DNA of 64,000 bases, taken from positions 408,766,001 through 408,830,000 of the forward strand of contig OZ024740.1 in NCBI GenBank assembly GCA_964016885.1, read 5' to 3'. The stretch is from Eledone cirrhosa (lineage: Eukaryota). Each line of letters opens with the position of its first letter. Position 1 is the stretch's first letter. The translations under genes were made by a program, and so were the position numbers. A model generated the notes under the pieces. The model saw only the letters and a program-made list of their open reading frames with translations, searched no databases and was not told the origin of the DNA. Positions 53,609-64,000 of the stretch are shown here, in pieces.

Positions 53609-53910
53609 ATATATATATATATCTCTATATATATATATCTCTATATATATATATCTATCTATATATATATATATCTCTATATATATATATCTATCTATAT
53701 ATATATATATCTATATATATATATATATATAGATATATATATAGAGAGAGATATATAGATATATATATATATATAGATATATATATAGATATATCTATCT
53801 ATATATATATATATCTATCTATATATATATATATCTATCTATATATATATATATATCTATATATATATATATATCTATATATATATATATATCTATATAT
53901 CTATATATCT
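53528..53910. repeat. (TA)n array with TCTA/TAGA interruptions
   Basis: Directly visible. Confidence 0.95.
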
Positions 53911-54088
53911 AATTTTTGTACCATTTTGTACCATTTATATATCTAATTTTTGTACCATTTTGTACCATTTTGTAGAGGGACTGCCAGGTCAAACTTTGAT
54001 CTGGTCAGTCTCTCAAAATATTCTACGCCTTTAGGCGAAATAGTTAAAAAAAAAGTTTTTTCTTGTTGAAAAGTCAATATTTTTTTAA

Positions 54089-55877
54089 ATGGCTGAAGCT
54101 TCTTCACCAAAATTCGAAGGAGGAAAGGGGAAGATGAACTTACAGCTTCCCCCTGCCACTGTCACAGTAGCAGAGGTCAAGAAGATAGGTCAGCCTGAGG
54201 AAGAATTCTCTCCACCTGTTAACCGACAACTTGACGTTGCCATGGCAACAACCCAAAGAACCAGCAGCAACAGCAACAACAACAACAATGCGACGGACGA
54301 AAACAACACCAATAACAATAACAATAACAACAACAAGACCAATAACGGTGACAACAACAACAATGATAACAACAACACCACCAACGACAACAACAACACA
54401 AACAAACAAAATTTCTCCTTCGCCGAGACGACAAGGAAAACCCTCGACTATCTGCCAGTAGATATAACAAAAGCGAAGGAGCTACTGGCGGATGCGAAAA
54501 AAATATATAGTGTACGGGGAAAATGGTTCATTCACAATCCATTCCCCCCCGGAACTAAAAAGCCAGAGACTCCTAAACACGGTCATGTTTAGGACAATCT
54601 CGAACAAAAGTAAAAAACCAGCTCAACCATCACAGAGCGAGATAGAGCTGGTTTTAAAAGACGTCATGAAGGACATCACCTTCATTCAGAAGGATAGACT
54701 CTACGGGAGTCTATCCATTCTCATGAAGGACAGGGACACAGCAGTGAAACTGTCCATCAAACCAATCACATCCACCGCATACACCTTCTACCCTACGTAC
54801 ATGGGTAGAAGAACACAAAAAATAAAAATCCACACCATCCTGCCGATTATGGACATATGGTGGGTTTTGACAGGTTTTCTGGACCTGGAGGATGACATGC
54901 TGGTGTCCATGGGAAAGGCATCGGGTGACGCGTTCAGTGGAACGAGCCTCGAACTTGTAGTTCAAATGAGGCCCGAAAGGATCGCCCAGATCCCTGAACG
55001 CGTCATACTGGATGATCTAACCTTCATCAACATTACCGTTGAGGGTAGACGGCCCTCGTGTTACCTCTGCGGAACCAGAGGTCACCTGAGGGCTGTATGT
55101 CCCCAACTTAATAAGAAAACCCCAATCCTGCCTACACCACCAACAACTGCACAACTAACACAATCACCACAACTACCACTACAAAAACAACCACCACAGC
55201 TCAAACCAAAACAAAACAATGTCCAACCCATCCCCTCCACTCAAAAAACAAAAACAATTTCCAAAACACCCGTACCGCAAACACAACCCGAAAATATACC
55301 CCTCCCCTCCAACGCGGAAGATGACCCTAGTTCGTCGTCAGACGAGGAGGAGCACTTCCACACAATCAAAAGAAAAAAAAGAAAACACACCTCAGACACA
55401 CAAATGAAAAAAACCCCTCCCCAAAACATAACACTGACACCAACATAAAAGAGCTCACAACAGCAAACAAAAAACACCACACAAAAACAAAAACATGCAT
55501 ACACATACATAAATACAAGAAACAAAAAACTGTTAAACATTGTGTACAACAACAATCTAATAAAAACACAAGGGCCTAACTTCACCCAGGCAGGGGATTT
55601 CCCCCACCTCAAAATGATTAAGGCCCCACAGGACACCTATAAAACTTTAAAAAACAATTTTAAAGAGGACGTGGGTCCCCCCTGCGTCGGGCCCATTAAC
55701 CGCGTCCTCCTAAAAAACTATCCCACCCCCTCCCCAAACACCCTCACAACTCCAAGCTCCCCAACCACACAACACACTGATGCCCCCACACTTCCACAAA
55801 CCACCACCCCACCCAACAACCCATCCCCCACCCTAATGGAAATTGTGCAGCCCGATACCCGGGACGCAGAGAGGTAA
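54089..55877 (+). pseudogene. Tx1-like ORF1 (gag-like, poly-Asn tract, CCHC zinc knuckle) broken into three frames
   Basis: 54089-54592, 54492-55448 and 55542-55877 form a chain of ORFs ending just before ORF2. Knuckle CYLCGTRGHLRAVC. Removing one A from the A7 run at ~54497 joins the first two parts. Confidence 0.75.
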
Positions 55878-55901
55878 GTGCCTTTTCTCTTCACCACCAA
55901 C

Positions 55902-58900
55902 ATGGCTATGCTAAGAGTAGGCTGTTTAAATGCGCGTGGCCTGGGCTCAACTTGGAAGCAAGCAATGCTTCTAAATGACCTCAGGTCACAACGTATAGAT
56001 GTGATGGTTATTTGCGAGGCCCGGATCAGCAACGTGCGACAGCTGGCCCCCACCTTTGATGACTTTGAGATGCACGCATCTCTCTGTCAGCCCGGAGGTG
56101 GGGGTGGAGTTGTCGTTCTGCTGCAAAAACATCTGGGTCTCGCAACACAGATGGTACATTTGGACCCGGAGGGTCGACTAGTGGTTCTGGACCTTGGCAG
56201 TGGTAAAGGCGGAGCGTTTAGGTTGGTAGCCGCCTACGGCCCTTTCGGGTCAATGCGGCCGGACTTCTTCCATCGTCTGGAGACTTTTCTAGGGACGTCC
56301 CGCTCCTTGCTATTAGTGGGGGACTGGAATGGTATCCTAGATGCACGCTGGGACTACGTAGGGGCCTGCCCCGATAGAGAGGGGTGTAATAGCCTCAAAG
56401 GGATAATCGGTCGATTTGACCTGGCCGATAGATATCGACTAGATTTTCCGACTGCGCCAACCTGGACTTGGGCAAATCGTAGCGGATCATCTAGGTCGTA
56501 CCTAGATAGGTTCTTAGTTAGAATTAAGGATAAGGACTTTTTAAGTTGTCCAAAAATGCGCATTGTTGGCTATTCAGACCACAAATTAGTGACCTGCATG
56601 GTCAACCTTGACAGAACTCATAGACAGGGCCCCGGTTACTGGAAGCTCAACTTGTCCTTGCCGGCAAGTAGAGCCTACAGGAATCGGATTAGTACGTTAG
56701 TTAAGGAACGGTTGACTGGAGCGATCGTCAACAGCAGGTGGTGGGTATCTCTAAAGAGAGAGATTAGAGTAGTCTCGATAGAATTTAGTAAGGTTCTAGC
56801 TGCGGATAGGAATAGGAAGGAAAGGGAGCTAATAGATAGAGTAGAAGAGGCAATTAGAAGCGGCGACGTGGCCAGAGTGCTAGCGTCGAGAACGGCTTTG
56901 AGCCAGTTTTTCGACGCGAAGCACGAAGGCTGCGTTGTCCGAAGTAAAATACGTGCTCTAGGGAACGAGGGGACCAAAGCTGTTAGCTGGGCCCGCGTGA
57001 CAGAGGCCAACAGTGGAACTAAATCCACCATCCGGTCTTTGCGAGACCTGGATGGACGGGCGATTCTTGAGCCTAAGCAGATGTGTGAGGCCTTTCAAAG
57101 GCACTTTGCCCGACTGTTCGGGAGGGGCGGGGAGCCGGTTGGGAACGTGGACTTCGGTCCATACCTCGACGGCCTGCTGAGCCAATGCGGCAAACGCAAA
57201 TCCCCGGGTCTCGATGGTCTTCCTTACGAATTATATATAGCTATGCCGGACTTGTTCCCCGATCTCCTCGAGGCGGTCTACTGCAACTGGCAACAGAACG
57301 GGAGAATTCCCTGTACTGTGACCAAGGGCGTAGTCACGCTAGTGAGGAAGGACGAGAACAAGGGGGACGAAATAAGTAACTTCAGGCCCATAACACTGCT
57401 AAATACAGAGTTACAGATTTTGGCCAAGGTGCTAGCAAAGAGGTTGGCGCTTGTCGTGGGCAACCTGGTGGGAGATGCGCAGACATGCGCTATCCCGTCC
57501 AGGTCCATCCATGACAACCTCCACCTCATGCGATACATCATAGAGAGGGTTGGGAACGAACCCGGCTTTGGTGGGGCTCTGATCAACTTGGATCAATCTA
57601 AGGCGTTCGATAGGGTCGACCATGGTTACCTGGATGCGGTGCTAGCGGCGGCAGGCTTCGGACCCGTTTTCAGGGGCTGGATCACTGCTATGCACAGCAG
57701 CCGCATCTGCTCTAGGGTCAAGGTGAACGGCTACCTCTCGGAGCCGTTCAAAATCGCGCGGTCCATCCGACAAGGGTGCCCCCTCTCCTCCCTTCTGTAT
57801 GTGTTGACTCTCGAGCCACTACTGCGGAAGTTGGAGTTGTTGCAGGGCATCCCTATGGAACCGGGATTGCGGAAAGCGGTGTCGGCCTACGCCGATGACG
57901 TGACAGTAATGGTGTCGACGGCCTCCGAAATCGAGGCGGTTGGCACCTTACTGGAGGAGTACGAAAAGTTCACAGGGGCTAAGCTGAACCGGGACAAGTC
58001 GATCGGTTTGCAACTCGGCACGTGGAGGGGCAGACCGATGCCCTCCGATAGCGTCGTCGGACGCTGGACGGAGGGCCCGGTGAAGTTGCTCGGAGTCTGG
58101 TTCGGACCGGACCTCCAGGTGGAGAAAAACTGGGCGGAGGTTACGAACAGGGTGTTTGCACTGACCCAGAAGTGGGCCAGTTGCAAACTATCCCTGAAAG
58201 GTCGGGCGGAGGTGGCGGACACCTACATAGCGTCCGTCATCTACTACCGCCTGACCGTAGTGCCCTGCCCAAGGGAAACCCTCATTAAGATGGAGCGCGC
58301 GCTCTTCCAATTCCTTTGGAAGAGGCGGGCTCCTATGGTGAGGAGATCCATCTGCTGTCAACACCCTTCGAAAGGAGGGCTGGGGATGCCGTGGCTAATG
58401 ATGCGTAAACACGCATTAAGGCTACGGCACCTCTACGTATTCCTCACCGGACAACCGGTGTGGGCCTCGTTTGTGAGACGAACCTTTCCCAGACTCATCT
58501 CACTCACCGAGCTGCAATCCTGGGTCAAGCAAAGACCGAGAAAACTGGGCGCCTGGCACACTGAGTGTGCCCAGGCGCTCACCGCCCTCTGGCAGGCGGA
58601 TCCGGTTATCAGTGGAGACTCCACCGCAACATTCTATAGAGGGCTGGTGCGCAGCAGGTGCGACGACGCCCTCGGAGAAGCCCTAGACATGGAGGAGGAC
58701 GAACTGGCCAGCCTGTTCGGTAGGACATTCAGCCCGGGACCTATGGACAACTTCCAGAAGTCCCTGGCCTGGCAGTGCTACCGAGGGGCTTTACCCGTTC
58801 GAGAAAGGCTCTACAGACACGGGCGCCCGGGTAGGGACCCCGCCAAAAAGATCTGTCCCAGATGCGTGTGCGACGAGGAAACCGTTGCACACGCATTGGT

Positions 58901-59270
58901 ACACTGCTCGGGCGTAGCCGATCTGTGGGGCTATGTCGAACAACTGCTGTCAAGGGTGGAACCGATCCGGTTGACCACCGAGTCTATTGTAATGATCAAG
59001 CCGCCTCCCCCCTTCAAAGATGAAGCAGAGGCGGTGTTTCTGTGCGTAATAGCCATGGCGAAAGAGGTTGTATGGTGGACGCGTCTGAAAGGACTGAGGT
59101 CGGGCACCTTTCTCTCTGGCCAACAACTGGTCCGTTTCTTCCGATATCATTTCGGACGAAGGATCAGGATGGAGAGAGAGGTGCTGCACCCCAGCCGTTT
59201 CTATGAAAGATGGGTGAAAGTGGCGAGAATGGCCCGTGTGAATGGGCCTTCACTCTACATCAGACTATAG
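55902..59270 (+). CDS. Tx1/L1-clade ORF2: AP endonuclease, reverse transcriptase and C-terminal zinc finger
   Basis: LNARGL, GDWNG, YLDRF, YSDH (APE); GPGYWKLN; KSPGLDGLP, NFRPITLLN, DQSKAFDRV, RQGCPLS, YADD (RT); CPRC..DEETVAHALVHC. First in-frame ATG at 55902. Confidence 0.95.
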   Translation: MAMLRVGCLNARGLGSTWKQAMLLNDLRSQRIDVMVICEARISNVRQLAPTFDDFEMHASLCQPGGGGGVVVLLQKHLGLATQMVHLDPEGRLVVLDLGSGKGGAFRLVAAYGPFGSMRPDFFHRLETFLGTSRSLLLVGDWNGILDARWDYVGACPDREGCNSLKGIIGRFDLADRYRLDFPTAPTWTWANRSGSSRSYLDRFLVRIKDKDFLSCPKMRIVGYSDHKLVTCMVNLDRTHRQGPGYWKLNLSLPASRAYRNRISTLVKERLTGAIVNSRWWVSLKREIRVVSIEFSKVLAADRNRKERELIDRVEEAIRSGDVARVLASRTALSQFFDAKHEGCVVRSKIRALGNEGTKAVSWARVTEANSGTKSTIRSLRDLDGRAILEPKQMCEAFQRHFARLFGRGGEPVGNVDFGPYLDGLLSQCGKRKSPGLDGLPYELYIAMPDLFPDLLEAVYCNWQQNGRIPCTVTKGVVTLVRKDENKGDEISNFRPITLLNTELQILAKVLAKRLALVVGNLVGDAQTCAIPSRSIHDNLHLMRYIIERVGNEPGFGGALINLDQSKAFDRVDHGYLDAVLAAAGFGPVFRGWITAMHSSRICSRVKVNGYLSEPFKIARSIRQGCPLSSLLYVLTLEPLLRKLELLQGIPMEPGLRKAVSAYADDVTVMVSTASEIEAVGTLLEEYEKFTGAKLNRDKSIGLQLGTWRGRPMPSDSVVGRWTEGPVKLLGVWFGPDLQVEKNWAEVTNRVFALTQKWASCKLSLKGRAEVADTYIASVIYYRLTVVPCPRETLIKMERALFQFLWKRRAPMVRRSICCQHPSKGGLGMPWLMMRKHALRLRHLYVFLTGQPVWASFVRRTFPRLISLTELQSWVKQRPRKLGAWHTECAQALTALWQADPVISGDSTATFYRGLVRSRCDDALGEALDMEEDELASLFGRTFSPGPMDNFQKSLAWQCYRGALPVRERLYRHGRPGRDPAKKICPRCVCDEETVAHALVHCSGVADLWGYVEQLLSRVEPIRLTTESIVMIKPPPPFKDEAEAVFLCVIAMAKEVVWWTRLKGLRSGTFLSGQQLVRFFRYHFGRRIRMEREVLHPSRFYERWVKVARMARVNGPSLYIRL

Positions 59271-59535
59271 GTGAGGAAGATGAAAGACCAAGGGAGCACC
59301 CCTTCTCTGTGCTCCTGAGGAGAAGGGTTGCACACTTTTTTCGGGGGTGTGTGCGACCCCCCAAGGCGCCTCCTCTCTATTGAGGATTTTGTTAAAAATT
59401 TTATTTTTTGTTATATCTCATTTTATTTTTATATTTTGTTATTGCCTCCTCCTTATTGAGGACGCCTTTTTGTGTAAACTCCCCCCTTTGTACTTGTCCC
59501 ACTTTTGATGCCCTAGTGGCAAATAAAAGAAACAT

Positions 59536-59582
59536 ATCTATATATCTCTCTATATATATATATATATCTATATATATATATA

Positions 59583-59634
<52 letters not shown>

Positions 59635-59690
59635 CTATATATATAATCTATATATATATATATATATATATATATAATCTATATATATAA

Positions 59691-59722
<32 letters not shown>

Positions 59723-60495
59723 CTATATATATAATCTATATATATATATATAATCTATATATATATATATATAATCTATATATGGAGGCACATGGCTTAG
59801 TGGTTAGAGCATTGGCCTTGCAATCGAAAGGTTGTGAGTTCAATTCTCAGACCGGGTGATGTGTTGTTTCCTTGAGCAAGACACTTTATTTCACATTGCT
59901 CCAGTTTACTCAGCTGTAGAAATGAGATGATAGGGACTGGGGTCCATATCAGTCCACTGCAAAGTGGTCGTGGAGGTGCCACGGCAAAATAGCACCCAGC
60001 ACTCACTGTAAATGAGGTTGGTGTTAGGAAGGGCATCCAGCTGTAGAAATCAAGCCAGAATTAGTTCTCGTCCCACCCTTGCAAGCAGGGAAAAGCAGAC
60101 GTAAAATGATGATGATGATGATGATGATATATATATATATAATCTATATATATATATATATAATCTATATATATATATATATAATCTATATATATATATA
60201 TATATAATCTATATATATATATATATAATCTATATATATATATATATAATCTATATATATATATAATCTATATATATATATATATAATCTATATATATAT
60301 ATATATATAATCTATATATATATATATATATAATCTATATATATATATATATAATCTATATATATATATATATAATCTATATATATATATATATCTATAT
60401 ATATATATCTCTCTATATATATATATATCTATATATATATATCTATATATATATATATATATCTATATATATATCTATATATATATATATATCTA

Positions 60496-60530
<35 letters not shown>
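59536..60530. repeat. (TA)n array with periodic AATCT interruptions, split by a SINE
   Basis: Directly visible on both sides of 59784-60128. Confidence 0.95.
59784..60128 (+). mobile_element. tRNA-derived CORE-type SINE (family 1), full length, RTE-like tail
   Basis: A box TGGCTTAGTGG, B box GAGTTCAATTC, CORE-like TCCTTGAGCAAGACACTT, body shared with the RTE-B 3'UTR, (GAT)n tail. Confidence 0.88.
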
Positions 60531-60532
<2 letters not shown>

Positions 60533-63232
60533 ACGCTTTCGACAGTAAGGAAGAGCAATTAGAGTCGTATAATATAGAGGAACAGTGGGAATTCCTGAGA
60601 GCAAACCTGCTGACGGCGGCAGACGAAGTCTGTGGCTGGAGCAGGCCTGTAGGTAGGAGGAGAGTAACATGGTGGTGGAACAGTAAGGTGGAGGAGTCAA
60701 TTAAGGCCAAAAAGCAGGCTTGGAAAGTATGGCGGGATGGGGGAAGTAGAGAAGACTATCAAGTGGCCAGGAGGGAAGCTAGGAGACAAGTGTACTTCGC
60801 AAGAAGGGAAGCAGAGGAAAGAAAGTTCAAGCATGTTCTACAACGTGAGGACCAAAAACGTGAGGTGTTCAGGATTGCCAGGCAATGTGTCAAGGAAAAC
60901 CGTGATATTGTCGGGGAGAAGTGTGTACTTAACGATGATGGCATACTTGCCATCACCAACGCTGATAAGAAGGTAGCTTGGAAGTGTCACTACGAAAGGC
61001 TTCTAAATGAGGAGAACAAATGGGAGAAAGACAGTCTCCCCCAGATCGATCCAATAGAGGGACCAGCAGTGTTAGTTGAAGGTAGTATAATAAGTAAGGC
61101 AATCAAAGATATGAAGACGGGTAAGGCGGCTGGGCCTTCGGAAATAGTTACTGAGATGCTGAAGGCATCTGGTTCGGTGGGACACACCATGGTCACCCGG
61201 ATAGTTAACCAAGTCGTACAGAATGGGGTTGTTCCGAAGGAATGGCGTAGCAGCATCATCGTTAACTGCTATAAGGGAAAAGGAGATGCCCTAGATAGGA
61301 GTAACTATAGAGACATTAAATTAATCGACCAGGTCATGAAGGTCACGGAAAAAGTAATAGCGCAACTAATCAGAGAGAGAATTGATCTAGATGAAATGCA
61401 GTTCGGGTTTGTGTCAGGCAAAAGTACCACAGACGCTCTTTTCATTGTACGACAACTACAGGAGAAGTACCTAGCTAAAAGTAAACCCCTATACTTAGCT
61501 TTCGTCGACTTGGAGAAAGCCTTCGACAGAGTCCCCCGGTCCATTATCTGGTGGTCTCTTAGAAAACTAGGTGTTGACGAATGGCTTGTGAGAGCTATAC
61601 AAGCCATGTATAAAGAAACAGTCAGTAAGGTTAGAATTAACAACGAATATAGTGAAGAGTTTAGCGTAAAAGTTGGTGTCCATCAGGGCTCTGTTCTTAG
61701 CCCCCTACTATTTATTATTGCCCTTCAGGCTATAACAGAGGAGTTCAAGACCGGCTGCCCATGGGAACTCCTATACGCAGATGATCTAACACTCATAGCT
61801 GAATCAATGACCGAACTAGAGAAGAAATTCCAAACATGGAAGCACGGCCTAGAATCAAAAGGCCTTAAAATTAACCTGGCTAAGACTAAAGTTCTAGTTT
61901 GTAGGAAAGAAAATAAGGCAGCGGTCCCATCTGGGAAATGGCCATGCTCAGTGTGCAGGAAAGGCGTAGGTAGAAACTCCATTTTATGTCCCAAATGCAA
62001 AGTATGGGTGCATAAAAGATGTAGTGGGATCACAGGTAAGCTAACTAAGAACATAGATTTTACATGTGGCCGGTGCTCTGGTGCAATAAGTAGCAGCAAG
62101 TGCCCACAAAATACTAGCTCCTTCAACTGCGCAGAGGGTTCTATAGAAATAGTGGACAGCTTCCGTTATCTGGGTGACAAAATCAGCAGTGGGGGAGGGT
62201 GCTCTGAAAGTACAGTAGCTAGAGTCAGAACTGGATGGAAAAAGTTCAGAGAGCTTATACCACTATTAGCCGCTAGAGGGTGCTCCCTAAAAATGAAAGG
62301 CAGGTTATACGATGCCTGCATACGAACAGCAATGCTGCATGGCAGTGAGACCTGGGCATTGTGTGCAGAGGATATACGCAGACTAGAGAGGAACGAAGCT
62401 TGCATGCTCCGCTGGATGTGCAATAGTAATATACGTGAACGGCAAAGCATAAACGAACTAAGGAAAAAATTAGAAATAAGAGGGATCAGATGTTGTTTAC
62501 TCGAGAGAAGGCTACGTTGGTACGGTCACGTGATGCGCATGAAAGACGACAGCTGTATAACAAAGTGCAGGGCAATAAAGATAGACGGTAGCCACGGAGT
62601 AGGCAGACCCAGAAAAACATGGGACGAGCTGATAAATTCCGACCTCACACGCTTACACCTCTCCAAGACAATGTCACTGGACCGAGACCTTTGGCGGTAC
62701 TCAGTAATAGAGAAGACCCGCCTTACCTAAATACAAAGTAAAAACCTACTACAGTCAGTAGGCATCTCTATCAAAACACACCCCCGTCCCACCACCTCCA
62801 CCCCACCCACACCGCCCCTTTCAATGTAAAGTTATGTTGGTCCCACAACATCCAGGCCGAAACAAATGAGATCGTGTAGGTGTCACGACAAAAAACACAC
62901 AGTCCACGCTGTAAATGTGGCCGTGTAGGCAACACGGTAAAAACCTCCCAGCCCCACACTGTAAATGTGGTTGGTGTTAGGAAGGGCATCCAGCTGTAGA
63001 AAACCCGCCAGACAGTCCACGCTGTAATGTGGCCGTGTAGGCAACACGGTAAAAACCTCCCAGCCCCACACTGTAAATGTGGTTGGTGTTAGGAAGGGCA
63101 TCCAACTGTAGAAAACCCGCCAGACAGTCCTATGCGAGCAAGACAACCACTCTTGCCTCAAGTGGGAAAACCCCCGTCCAAACCCATGCAAGCGTGGAGC
63201 ACGGACGCTAAACCTGATGATGATGATGATGA

Positions 63233-63236
<4 letters not shown>
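60531..63236 (+). mobile_element. RTE LINE subfamily A, 2.7 kb, 5'-truncated, inserted in (TA)n
   Basis: Open RT frame, 3'UTR with internal duplication, (GAT)n tail, TA arrays on both flanks. Confidence 0.96.
60532..62730 (+). CDS. RTE ORF (linker, reverse transcriptase and inserted PHD finger); no native start
   Basis: Frame open from the truncation point (DAFDSKEEQ...TWWWN); RT motifs as in the subfamily B copy. Confidence 0.9.
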
Positions 63237-63279
<43 letters not shown>

Positions 63280-63338
63280 CTATATATATATATATATATA
63301 ATCTATATATATATATATATATATATCTATATATATAT

Positions 63339-63391
<53 letters not shown>

Positions 63392-63506
63392 CTATATATA
63401 TATATATATATATAATCTATATATATATATATATATATAATCTATATGTATATATATATATCTATCTATATATATATATATCTATCTATATATATATATA
63501 TATATC

Positions 63507-63587
<81 letters not shown>

Positions 63588-63874
63588 ATATATATATATA
63601 TCTATATATATATATATATATATATCTATATATCTATATATATATATATCTATATATCTCTATATATATATATATATCTATCTATATATATATATCTATC
63701 TATATATATATATATATCTATATATATATATATATATATATCTATATATCTATATATATATATATCTATATATCTCTATATATATATATCTATATATATA
63801 TATCTATCTATATATATATATATATATCTATATATATATATATATCTATATATATATATCTATATATATATATA

Positions 63875-63909
<35 letters not shown>

Positions 63910-63925
63910 ATATATATATTTTATA
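63237..63925. repeat. (TA)n/(TCTA) microsatellite array
   Basis: Directly visible. Confidence 0.95.
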
Positions 63926-64000
63926 TGATCAGAAAAAGGAGGCCTGGAAATGTCATTATGAGAGACTGATGAATGTGGAGACCGAATGGGAGAGAGAGAA

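Larger units (their letters stand above)
53905..59535 (+). mobile_element. Apparently full-length Tx1/L1-clade LINE (5'UTR, ORF1, ORF2, 3'UTR with AATAAA)
   Basis: Two-ORF structure with APE-RT-CCHC ORF2; AATAAA at 59522; microsatellite on both flanks. Confidence 0.93.

Noticed and set aside
53911-53970. Link between TTTGTACCATTT at the Tx1 5' end and the 31-bp minisatellite (ATTGTACCATTT)
   Set aside because: Only an 11-bp AT-rich match, which is plausible by chance.
59784-59856. tRNA gene (also 41736, 48740-48805, 6668, 45480-45555)
   Set aside because: A and B boxes are present, but there is no proper acceptor or anticodon stem and the sequence continues into SINE bodies.

Overview
AT-rich eukaryotic (animal) DNA with no recognisable host exon, consistent with a large intron or an intergenic region. 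The SINE types and the (CAT)n-tailed RTE LINEs suggest an octopus or other coleoid cephalopod; this is an inference. The window is almost entirely mobile DNA and tandem repeats. It contains one apparently full-length Tx1/L1-clade LINE (53.9-59.5 kb) and two young RTE LINE subfamilies in more than 10 5'-truncated copies, whose reverse transcriptase carries an inserted C4HC3 PHD-type finger. There are also Penelope-like (GIY-YIG) fragments with hammerhead ribozyme motifs, including a palindrome with one hammerhead on each strand. Smaller elements are CORE-type and other tRNA-derived SINEs, TTAA-flanked MITEs, CR1, CRE and Tc1/mariner relics, and two kb-scale minisatellites. From 48.4 kb to the end, a (TA)n/(TCTA)n microsatellite field is split by insertions of four different retroelement classes. 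Boundaries were read by eye: about +/-5 bp for young elements and looser for old ones.
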